A stretch of DNA of 59,551 bases from positions 1-59,551 of IMG/VR virus record IMGVR_UViG_3300031991_000010; one strand, given 5' to 3'. Source of the stretch: a virus. The translations under genes and the position numbers were made by a program. This document shows, piece by piece, positions 8,915 to 16,142 of the stretch; the first letter of the stretch is position 1, and every line of letters starts with the position of its first letter. The notes beneath the pieces were generated by a model that ran no database searches, was not told the origin of the DNA, and was given only the letters and a program-made list of their open reading frames with translations.

Positions 8915-9890
8915 CCTTCGCCTCCTTGAACCCGTCGCGCCATGTCTGGCCGGTGTGCAAGCGGTACTCGACCCACTCTTCCTCTTGATTGGCCTGCACG
9001 ATCTCGCCAGGCACGAGCGCGGGATTGTAGAGGTGATTCGGGCAACCGGCGCGTTGCTCCGTGGTGTCGAGATTTTTCTTGTGGCGCGCGCAGGACCACA
9101 CCGCCTCACCGTGCATTTCCGGCGTCACGTGCAGGCACGTGCGACAGTTGCGCTCCGGCTGGCCGCCGTTGTGGCAAAGCTCCTTGGCTTTGCACCAACC
9201 GCACGGAAAGGCGCCCTTCTCCTCGGGGCTTTGCCACGCCTTCGGCGGCGGTGTCTCGGCGCGGATGATCCGCTCGGCTTTCGATTTCAGGTTCATCGCA
9301 AAGTCGGCATCGAGCCGCACCCGCTCGGTGAAGCGCTCGCTGTCATCCTTGCACTCGGCGACATAGAAGGCGCGCTGCAAACCCCAATCGATCATGTACG
9401 CCTGCATCTGCGCGTAGTGTTTGGGTGCGCCGAGCATCACGCCCTTTTCGAGCTTGTTGTACGAGCTTCGCTTGTGCGACTTGCATTCGAGAAGGTGTTC
9501 GGTCTTCGGCGCTTCCGGCAATCCGCGAATGATCCCGTCGAACTTGCCGACGAAGTGTCCGCCGATGCTCGTCACCTCCCACTGGCCGCCGGTCGCCGGG
9601 TTGCGATCACGTACCGCATCAGGATCATCGACGGTGTTGAAAGCCCGCTTCAGATCGTCGACCATCTCCTCCTCCAGCCGGTGACCGGCGCGGAAGATGC
9701 GCAGTTTGGCGGCGGTGAAGACTTCCGGCGGGTACGCCCACCGAAATCCGTACCAGATCGAGCGGTCACACTCCTCGCCGATCACCGAGCCGCCGAGGCG
9801 ATTGGAGTGGCGCGGTTGCTGCGACGCCTCGTGTGCGGCGTCAGTATGCTTGGCGCTCTCCGTCGCCACGATGAGATCGATCTTTGCCAT
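8907..9890 (-). CDS. Cas4/RecB-like PD-(D/E)XK exonuclease with Fe-S cluster cysteine pattern
   Basis: GKFDGII...LLECKSHK core. N-terminal Cys (GEECDRS) plus CGWCKAKELC (CX2CX5C). Extra C-terminal Cys/His cluster CRTC...C...C. Confidence 0.75.
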   Translation of the reverse strand: MAKIDLIVATESAKHTDAAHEASQQPRHSNRLGGSVIGEECDRSIWYGFRWAYPPEVFTAAKLRIFRAGHRLEEEMVDDLKRAFNTVDDPDAVRDRNPATGGQWEVTSIGGHFVGKFDGIIRGLPEAPKTEHLLECKSHKRSSYNKLEKGVMLGAPKHYAQMQAYMIDWGLQRAFYVAECKDDSERFTERVRLDADFAMNLKSKAERIIRAETPPPKAWQSPEEKGAFPCGWCKAKELCHNGGQPERNCRTCLHVTPEMHGEAVWSCARHKKNLDTTEQRAGCPNHLYNPALVPGEIVQANQEEEWVEYRLHTGQTWRDGFKEAKGV

Positions 9891-9893
9891 GGA

Positions 9894-10658
9894 TCAGCCC
9901 CACGGCTTTGACGTGCTCGTCTCAGCCGGCGGGGGCGGCAGAAGCGAGGTTTGTTGCTCCGGTTGCGGGCCGTTGGGATACGGCGACGGTCGGTAATTCG
10001 GATCGGCCTTCAGTTCGGCGGCGGTCTTTTCGGGCGGTGCTTCGCGCGTCTCCATGACGGGCCGGTCGCGGGGATCGTCAGGTTCCTCGGCGTTGAGCAT
10101 TTCGCCTGCGTGGCCGGTGCCAATCCCGTTGTCGTTGTCGTCGTCGCCCGCGAAGAACTCATCTTCTTCGCTCAACGCTTCCGTGCTCGCCGGCTGCGCC
10201 TTGTACGGGTTGGTGTGCGGGTTCGTCTTTTCCCATGTGGACGCCACCGCGTCGCGGAACGGGCCGGCGGGAAGGTTGCCGGTCTTGATCCGCGAGACGG
10301 TCGACTGTGGCAGAAGCGGCACGGCCTTCTCGACCGTCGCGTTCGCGGCGCCGCCCGCCAGCAAGCCGGCGGCAAACCGCCCGGCCTTGATCGCAGCCGG
10401 CGACGTGTAGTCGAGCGCCTTCCCTTTCTTGCCTGGCGTGCGCGGTGGGCGCGCGTCCGTCATGGGGAGTGTTTTGCCAGCGGCGAGCATCTTCGCCACC
10501 ATGTCATCGGCTGTGTCGACGACGGGCGGCTCGGCCTCAAGGCCGTTTAGATCAAAGTCATTCAGCAACGCATTGGCGTCGTCACGGCTGAGAAACAGCG
10601 TGCGCTCCGCGCGCACCTGACCGCGCTGCACGGCGATAGTCATCTTCAAATGTTCCAC
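9894..10658 (-). CDS. Hypothetical acidic protein ending in ...PPPPAETSTSKPWG
   Basis: GTG at 10658 sits 8 nt after AGGAGG. The C-terminal tail matches that of the adjacent SSB-like protein. Confidence 0.7.
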   Translation of the reverse strand: MEHLKMTIAVQRGQVRAERTLFLSRDDANALLNDFDLNGLEAEPPVVDTADDMVAKMLAAGKTLPMTDARPPRTPGKKGKALDYTSPAAIKAGRFAAGLLAGGAANATVEKAVPLLPQSTVSRIKTGNLPAGPFRDAVASTWEKTNPHTNPYKAQPASTEALSEEDEFFAGDDDNDNGIGTGHAGEMLNAEEPDDPRDRPVMETREAPPEKTAAELKADPNYRPSPYPNGPQPEQQTSLLPPPPAETSTSKPWG

Positions 10659-10665
10659 GTGAAAC
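10652..10665. repeat. Palindrome variant GTTCCACGTGAAAC (one mismatch)
   Basis: Overlaps the GTG start of 9894..10658. The 16-mer ATGTTCCACGTGAAAC is identical to the one at 15856..15871. Confidence 0.85.
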
Positions 10666-10778
10666 TCCTCCTGAAAAAGAAAACATGCCGGGCTGACGCA
10701 GCCACAGGGGCGGGTGGGGACGCGTGACCAGCGTCGCCCGGCATGTTCCTAGATCACGCTTGCGCGCGACCTATACGA

Positions 10779-11300
10779 TCACCCCCACGGCTTGCTGTCG
10801 TCCTGTGCGGGCGGCGGGGGAGGAGAAGCGTTTGCGAATGCGCTTTGCTGCGCTGACGCAGGTGCGGCGGCCTGGCCTTGCTGAAGCGGCGCGCCTGGCG
10901 TCCACGGGTTCACCGCTGACACGTCGTTGCGCTCGCTGTACTCGCCTTTGGCGGGCGTGATCTTCAGCTTGATCCGCGCCGGCTTCATGTGAAGCTGAAC
11001 GGTGTCCTCAATGGCGGCGACGTTGAGGGCAACCTGAATGTCGTTCAGTTGCCCGAGGCCGATCTTCTGCGCCTTCTCGCTGTCGTTCTTATAGTTGATG
11101 TTCTGCCAGATGCGCCGACCCTTGTTCGGCCCTTCCATGATCTCCCACGTAAGCGAGATCATCAATCCGGTGCCGCCAGCGCCGACAGTCTTGATCTCGC
11201 TGTCGACGATTTGCGCGACGTACTCGCCGGGCGGGAGGGTGTCGAATGACGCCTTCGGCGCATTCGGGTCGGCGGTAAACGTCATGCCAAGTTGGGCCAT
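10779..11300 (-). CDS. DUF669-like phage single-stranded DNA-binding protein
   Basis: FDTLPPGEYVAQIVDSEIK...LMISLTWEIMEGPNKGRRIWQNI pattern typical of DUF669. Sits next to the Sak4-like gene. Low-complexity tail ends in DDSKPWG. Confidence 0.75.
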   Translation of the reverse strand: MAQLGMTFTADPNAPKASFDTLPPGEYVAQIVDSEIKTVGAGGTGLMISLTWEIMEGPNKGRRIWQNINYKNDSEKAQKIGLGQLNDIQVALNVAAIEDTVQLHMKPARIKLKITPAKGEYSERNDVSAVNPWTPGAPLQQGQAAAPASAQQSAFANASPPPPPAQDDSKPWG

Positions 11301-11339
11301 TTTCTCGTTCCTTGTTTCTCGTTAACTCGTTTCTCGTTT

Positions 11340-12206
11340 CTAGTTTGCGTCTGCGTTTTCTTGTGCCTGATCCTCCCTCGGTTGCAAGTGATTTTCGATC
11401 TGCGGCGACGGCGCATCTTCGCGCGCCGCAATCAGATATGGCTTCAGTTGCGCAAAGCCCTGCCCTCGCGGGTACGGCACGCGCGCCGGAATGTCATAGC
11501 GGTTCTTCGCCACGTATGCCGCCGCCGGTTGCGAATAAATCCACCGCAGTTCGCCGCTCTGCGCAATGGCGCGGGCGTTCTTTTCGGAGCCGAACCCTTG
11601 CGTGTCCTTGGTGATCACCACGTCTTGCTTGATCAGCAAGATCGCATCGACCTCGCGCTCCATGATTGCCGCCGCACGTTTGTGCAGGGAGAGGCCGCGC
11701 CGGTTGAAGGATTGTGATCCCGGCTCATCGACCCGTTCAAGCTCGCTGTGCGCAAGAATGAGCACCGCCATGCCGGTTTCGCGCAGGCGCTTCACGCCAT
11801 CCATGAACTCGGCCCACAGGTAATCGCATTCCTTGTAGCCTTTGCCGTAGCCGGGTTGTTCGATGCTCTTCCACGAGTTGCGCGCACACACCTCGGCTTG
11901 GATCAGCCGCTCAAGCGGACCCGCAGAGTCGAACACGACGGTGAGATAGTCGTGCTTCTCGGTGAGAAGCGAAATCATCGCCTCTTTGATTTCGCCATAG
12001 GAGACAAGTTGCCGCCCGCCCATTACGTCGACGTCGAGCCCTTTGGGAATGCCGGTCTCCGTGAGGATAAACACCGGGCGCGGAAACTCGGCCGCGAGCG
12101 ACGTCTTGCCGAGCCCTTGTTCAGCGTAAATCAACAGCCTTGGCGGCTCCGTCCCGCCCTTCACTTTCTTCAGTGACGCCAAATCGATTGCCATAGTCTT
12201 CTCCAT
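11340..12206 (-). CDS. Sak4-like (AAA_24) RecA-fold recombination ATPase
   Basis: Walker A LLIYAEQGLGKTSLA. Walker B-like VVFDSAG. Synteny with the DUF669 gene. Confidence 0.8.
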   Translation of the reverse strand: MEKTMAIDLASLKKVKGGTEPPRLLIYAEQGLGKTSLAAEFPRPVFILTETGIPKGLDVDVMGGRQLVSYGEIKEAMISLLTEKHDYLTVVFDSAGPLERLIQAEVCARNSWKSIEQPGYGKGYKECDYLWAEFMDGVKRLRETGMAVLILAHSELERVDEPGSQSFNRRGLSLHKRAAAIMEREVDAILLIKQDVVITKDTQGFGSEKNARAIAQSGELRWIYSQPAAAYVAKNRYDIPARVPYPRGQGFAQLKPYLIAAREDAPSPQIENHLQPREDQAQENADAN

Positions 12207-12627
12207 TGAGGGCGGTGAGGAACCATCCGCCAGTAAAACCGTCAGGGGTTAACGGAATGTATTCGAGCGTGATCCGCTGCGTCGCCGGCAACATCATCAC
12301 CTGCATCAGCGGCGCGCTGTCGGGTTGCCAGGCGGCTGCAACCGCCGTGACCATGTTGTCGTCCTTGTAGACGCCGGCACTCTTCAGCGCATCGAGAAGC
12401 GGCTTGATCCGGTTGTCGATATCCGCCCGCGCGTTCGAGCGCGTCACGCCGACGATGATCACGCACCGCGTGGCAATGTTCTTGGGGAACTTCTGAAGGC
12501 GCGTCGCAGTCACGACGTGTGTCGTCCATGAGGCATACTCAAACGTGCGCACGCGCCGCGCGCCTTGCTGTTTCCACAGGTTGTTCGCTGACGGCGGCGG
12601 CTGAAGGAGAAGGATCGCGGGCTTCAC
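12121..12627 (-). CDS. rusA: RusA-family Holliday junction resolvase
   Basis: SANNLWK...ARADIDNRIKPLLDALKSAGVYKDDNMV. The 3' end overlaps the Sak4 start by 86 nt. Confidence 0.75.
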   Translation of the reverse strand: MKPAILLLQPPPSANNLWKQQGARRVRTFEYASWTTHVVTATRLQKFPKNIATRCVIIVGVTRSNARADIDNRIKPLLDALKSAGVYKDDNMVTAVAAAWQPDSAPLMQVMMLPATQRITLEYIPLTPDGFTGGWFLTALNGEDYGNRFGVTEESEGRDGAAKAVDLR

Positions 12628-12875
12628 GCCGCCCTCGCCCGCTTGGCCGCGTGCATTTCAGCGATCACCTCGTGGGTGACGTCTGCCATGCCGCAGTTGT
12701 AGGCGGCGATCACCACCGGGCGGTGGTACGTCGCCGGGATGCGCTTGCGATGAAACCAGTCGCGCGGTTGCCACGGCTTGCACTTTACGCCGGTCGCGGC
12801 CACGTCTTTCGCCATGGCGGGGAATGATTCCCAACGCCGAATGAACGCTTGAACGGGTGTGAGCTTTTTCGCCAT
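12624..12875 (-). CDS. Cro/YdaS-like HTH regulator, first gene of the leftward early operon
   Basis: 83 aa. The segment FPAMAKDVAATGVKCKPWQPRDWFHRKRIP...VT resembles YdaS/Cro-type HTH proteins. There is no SD; the ATG lies about 10 nt after the 16-nt motif, suggesting a short or absent leader. Confidence 0.5.
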   Translation of the reverse strand: MAKKLTPVQAFIRRWESFPAMAKDVAATGVKCKPWQPRDWFHRKRIPATYHRPVVIAAYNCGMADVTHEVIAEMHAAKRARAA

Positions 12876-12973
12876 TGCCCGAGCCGTAGCAAATCGCTAT
12901 GGTCGGTGTCAATACACGACGTCAACACTTTGTTAGGATTTGTCGGGTAGGCCGGAGCGGTAAGGAGAACCCC
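12876..12973. promoter_or_regulatory. Divergent early control region
   Basis: 98-bp gap between oppositely oriented first genes. Contains the 16-nt motif (12885..12900) and, on the minus strand, two TTGAC boxes (GTGTTGACgtcgtGTATTGACA) placed so that TTGACA-N16-GCTACGGC forms a plausible promoter. Confidence 0.6.
12885..12900. promoter_or_regulatory. 16-nt motif CGTAGCAAATCGCTAT (intergenic copy)
   Basis: Exact repeat of 1502..1517. Confidence 0.6.
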
Positions 12974-13234
12974 ATGAGCAACGTCATCAACCTGGCCGAC
13001 TATCGCAAGCCGGCGCCCCCGCTTCCCGCGACGGTCGATATCGAGATCGAGGCGCTTCTCGATGAAGTGCTTCTGTCGTCTAGTCGGGCATGCGTCGCCG
13101 CCTCCAAAGGCGAACATGCCACAGCGGCGCACTACCGGGATCAAGCGATTCGCCTGCGCGGCTACGTGGCGCGTCGCGGTTATTCCAGTGAACAGATCGA
13201 CGCCATGCTCGTGGCGCTCGCGGTGGTGGGGTGA
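12974..13234 (+). CDS. Hypothetical protein (86 aa), first gene of the rightward cluster
   Basis: ATG preceded by AAGGAGA (12962..12968). Confidence 0.7.
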   Translation: MSNVINLADYRKPAPPLPATVDIEIEALLDEVLLSSSRACVAASKGEHATAAHYRDQAIRLRGYVARRGYSSEQIDAMLVALAVVG

Positions 13235-13237
13235 GTT

Positions 13238-13462
13238 ATGGGTATCGGATATCGTGCGGCTATTCAGCGGATCGCGGAAAACGACGACACGGAATTTCTT
13301 GAGGTCGCGCAAATCGAGGACGTCATTCCATCAGTCGCGCTCTGTATGATTGCTGATCTTCAGTGCGTGCCGATAGAAAAGGCGATTCGTGATTTGCGTA
13401 AGGCTGTCGACATTGCCTATCCGCCAAATCGCAACTATCGCGGCGCGCAGCATCCGTTTTAA
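13238..13462 (+). CDS. Hypothetical protein (74 aa)
   Basis: ORF starting 4 nt after the previous stop. Confidence 0.6.
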   Translation: MGIGYRAAIQRIAENDDTEFLEVAQIEDVIPSVALCMIADLQCVPIEKAIRDLRKAVDIAYPPNRNYRGAQHPF

Positions 13463-13513
13463 CTATTCCTTAATCTCTTCGCCTCAGAGTGTCCCTTGTT
13501 GAAGGAGACGAAC

Positions 13514-14164
13514 ATGAAAGAGCAAGGTCAATCTGAAGCCGAGACCATCGTGCGCGAAGGCGTGAGCCTTCTGCGCCCGAGTGGTCAGGCGTTCGCGCAT
13601 TCGCTTCTCAATCAGTTGTCGGAACGCGGTTCGCTGTCGGCCCGCCAGTTCGATTGCTTAGGAACCTTGGCGGCAGAGATCGAGGAAGCGCGCAAGCGCC
13701 AGGCTGCAAAGCCTGTCGAGATCAGCCTCGTGAAGATCAACGAAATGTTCGCCGCGCACGGCGGCAAGAGGGCGTTCTTTATGATCAAGGCCAGCGACGG
13801 TCAGCGCTTCCGCGTTGCCCGCGCCACGTCGAACAGCCGTTACTACGGTCAGTTGATGGTCACGAGCGAGGGCGCGACGTTCGGCGAGCGCAAATGGTAC
13901 GGCCGCATCGACGACGCCGGCAAGTTCCAACGCTCCTACGTGGGCGGCATTCAAAGTTATGACGGCGTGATCGCCGCGCTCGTCGAGTTTGCCGCTGATC
14001 CTGTGGCGGTCGCCGTCGCTTACGGCATCGAGACCAAGGAGTGTTGCTTCTGCGCTATCGAGTTGACCGACCCGCGCAGCGTTGAAGTTGGATATGGTCC
14101 GGTTTGTGCGAAGAAATGGTCGCTTCCGCACTCTGCAAATCGAAAGCTCGTATGCGTGTCTTAA
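13514..14164 (+). CDS. Hypothetical protein with C-terminal DUF6011-like zinc ribbon
   Basis: ATG at 13514 after GAAGGAG. C-terminal CCFCAIELTDPRSVEVGYGPVC matches the CxxC..LTDP.S...G.GP.C pattern. Confidence 0.7.
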   Translation: MKEQGQSEAETIVREGVSLLRPSGQAFAHSLLNQLSERGSLSARQFDCLGTLAAEIEEARKRQAAKPVEISLVKINEMFAAHGGKRAFFMIKASDGQRFRVARATSNSRYYGQLMVTSEGATFGERKWYGRIDDAGKFQRSYVGGIQSYDGVIAALVEFAADPVAVAVAYGIETKECCFCAIELTDPRSVEVGYGPVCAKKWSLPHSANRKLVCVS

Positions 14165-14604
14165 TTTACGCTCTTATTGATCCACGTTTTCCCAGCCAAC
14201 TTCGCTATATCGGGAAAACGACACAGCCAAGAGCCCGCCTGCGAAAGCATGTGCGGGCTCAGGGGCGCGACAGGCCAACACATCGCGGTAAGTGGATAAA
14301 AAGCATCTTAGCTGACGGCGTTGAGCCACAGATGATTCGTTTACTCATGGTCAAAGAAAAACATGCAAATGCCGCAGAGCGCGAAATGATTAAACGATCT
14401 CTCAGTGTCGGCCACCCTCTAACCAACGGAAGTATCGGCGGAGACGGCGGGGCTCTGATGCCGGAAGCTCAGGCGCGCGCCACGGCTAAAATTCGTGATC
14501 ATGTAAAGACTGGAAAGATAAAGCCACCAACAAGGCCAGAAATGAAAGTCTCGGCCGCATTCCTAAAACCTTCAAGACGAAACGTGGATCGCCGGAGTGG
14601 TTAG
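14152..14604 (+). CDS. GIY-YIG homing endonuclease (catalytic domain plus first NUMOD3-like repeats)
   Basis: VLIYALIDP...LRYIGKT...RLRKH...AAEREMI...LTNGSIGG. The region is visibly lower in G+C. The reading frame ends at 14604, but the homology continues in another frame. Confidence 0.8.
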   Translation: MRVLIYALIDPRFPSQLRYIGKTTQPRARLRKHVRAQGRDRPTHRGKWIKSILADGVEPQMIRLLMVKEKHANAAEREMIKRSLSVGHPLTNGSIGGDGGALMPEAQARATAKIRDHVKTGKIKPPTRPEMKVSAAFLKPSRRNVDRRSG

Positions 14605-14741
14605 CAATGATGCGCGAGCGAAATGCGAAGATTAACGCCGATCCTGAGCACGCTAAAAAGATATCAAAGTCATTGAAGGGCGTCCCCAAAAGTGAAGCCC
14701 ACAAGAAGGCGCTAAGCGAATCTCTAAAGAGGAAAAGATGA
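14565..14741 (+). pseudogene. Out-of-frame (-1) continuation of the GIY-YIG gene encoding NUMOD3-like repeats
   Basis: The frame open from 14499 to 14741 reads ...GRIPKTFKTKRGSPEWLAMMRERNAKINADPEHAKKISKSLKGVPKSEAHKKALSESLKRKR*. A switch is possible at CTAAAAC (14563..14569). Confidence 0.6.
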
Positions 14742-14817
14742 GGCGGTGGCGCGCCCAGCCTTAACACTTCCTTTACTTTTATCGGCGAGAATGTGTGCGT
14801 TGAAGGAGTGAAGATAG

Positions 14818-15021
14818 ATGACACGCACAAAGAGAACGCCGGAGTCGCGGGCCATCGATACAGAAAATGCACTGTTTAAAATGGGGATCATCCTCATGCT
14901 CAAAACAGTGCGGAACGCAGTTCGCGGCCAGATGGAGCACAATGAAAAAGACTCGGCGCGAAAGATGGCCCTTGCAAGAGTATGTGACGCAATCTCTGCC
15001 GCCCTGTCTTGGTACGATTAG
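14818..15021 (+). CDS. Hypothetical protein (67 aa)
   Basis: ATG preceded by GAAGGAGTGAAGATAG (strong SD). Confidence 0.65.
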   Translation: MTRTKRTPESRAIDTENALFKMGIILMLKTVRNAVRGQMEHNEKDSARKMALARVCDAISAALSWYD

Positions 15022-15103
15022 CTCGCCACCCACCCACCACCAAGCCGGCCCCGCCCTGAAAAGCGTGGCCGGCTTTCGGCGTTAAGAGGCGCGTCGCCTC
15101 GAA

Positions 15104-15835
15104 ATGGAGAGAACGATGTTTGAGAAAATCAAAAACGAGCGGTGGCTTTCGGCCGCTGCGCTGTGGACGGCAGTCGGTGCGTGGACGGTGGTCGGCGTGA
15201 ACGGCTGGATGAATGCGACGTCGGGCATCCTCATGGTGCTGACCGTCACGTTGACGGTGGCGTTGCAGGTGTTCGGCGTTCGCGCGCTGAAGAACGCCGC
15301 GCAGATCGGCGGCGCTCGCGCCGTCGGCTTGGTGCTCCTCGGGCTCGGGTGCCTCGGGTGGTCGGGCTATTCCGGCCATCAGGGCATGATGGGCGCCGAG
15401 GCGCAGCGGTGGGCGCCGTGGGAGGCCAAGGAAGCGGCCGACGCGGCGGTCGCCATGATCGACGCCGAGATCGCGGCGGTGCCGGCGCTGAACGCGTTCA
15501 ATGAACATGGTCAGCGAATTGGCCCGATCACCCTCGGGGTGCTGGCCGGCGAGCGGGACAAGGTGATTGCCGGGCTGCACGCCCGGCGCGCCGAGGCGGC
15601 GAAGACGGCCGCCACCCATGCCGGCGTCGTGAAACCCGCCACGCGGGCCAGCGAGGCGCTTCTGTGGGCGTTGTCGGTGCTGATCGAGGCTATGGAAGCC
15701 CTCGGCTTCCTGTGCCTCACAGCGCCCCGCAGGGCCGTTGTGGCGGGGGTCGCCCTTGACCCGGCGCTCTCGCCGTCCGAACTTGCCCGCCGTCTCGTGG
15801 CGAACCGCAAGGATCGCCAGCCGCAGGCGGCGTGA
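15104..15835 (+). CDS. Polytopic membrane protein with central Ala-rich helical region
   Basis: 243 aa. About 3 N-terminal TM helices, a helical middle section, and a C-terminal hydrophobic helix. An alternative ATG at 15116 follows GGAGAG. Confidence 0.7.
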   Translation: MERTMFEKIKNERWLSAAALWTAVGAWTVVGVNGWMNATSGILMVLTVTLTVALQVFGVRALKNAAQIGGARAVGLVLLGLGCLGWSGYSGHQGMMGAEAQRWAPWEAKEAADAAVAMIDAEIAAVPALNAFNEHGQRIGPITLGVLAGERDKVIAGLHARRAEAAKTAATHAGVVKPATRASEALLWALSVLIEAMEALGFLCLTAPRRAVVAGVALDPALSPSELARRLVANRKDRQPQAA

Positions 15836-15857
15836 ACGGTAAGCCGCACAGTCGCAT

Positions 15858-15871
15858 GTTCCACGTGAAAC
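15858..15871. repeat. Palindrome variant GTTCCACGTGAAAC, intergenic
   Basis: Same variant as at 10652, abutting the terminator stem. Confidence 0.85.
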
Positions 15872-15900
15872 GGCCCCGGGGAAACTCGGGGCCGTTTTTT
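15870..15900 (+). terminator. Rho-independent terminator of the rightward cluster
   Basis: Stem acggccccg / cggggccgt with an 8-nt loop, followed by TTTTTT. Confidence 0.8.
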
Positions 15901-15914
15901 CGTTCGCGGTAGCG

Positions 15915-15946
15915 ATGGACCGTCCTACGTAGGGCGGTCCATTTTT
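15915..15946 (+). terminator. Second tandem rho-independent terminator
   Basis: 11-bp stem atggaccgtcc / gggcggtccat (one G-U pair), loop tacgta, then TTTTT. Confidence 0.7.
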
Positions 15947-15964
15947 CAGATCCCGTGTGCGCCT

Positions 15965-16120
15965 TCAGCGTCTACGTTGGCCGACCCCTTTCGGGATGGC
16001 CGCCGCCACCACGTCGGTAAGCCAATCGCCGATCTTCAGCCCGACGCAGAGCGTGATGCCGAACACGACGGTCTTCACGAGCGTGAAGCCTGGCGGCAAA
16101 TAGTCGTTGAGAAAGTCCAT
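15965..16120 (-). CDS. Single-TM peptide (51 aa), last gene of the late operon
   Basis: Not in the ORF track (under 60 aa). ATG at 16120 after GGAGAATCACC. MDFLNDYLPPGFTLVKTVVFGITLCVGLKIGDWLTDVVAAAIPKGVGQRRR*. Confidence 0.5.
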   Translation of the reverse strand: MDFLNDYLPPGFTLVKTVVFGITLCVGLKIGDWLTDVVAAAIPKGVGQRRR

Positions 16121-16142
16121 GGTGATTCTCCATTCACGCCTC

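Noticed and set aside
15511-15864. A minus-strand ORF starting MEH from the same GTGGAACAT as the 9894..10658 gene
   Set aside because: It lies fully antisense to the well-supported membrane-protein gene 15104..15835. It has no SD and an Arg/Ala-rich shadow composition. The shared start string is explained by the palindrome-variant motif.
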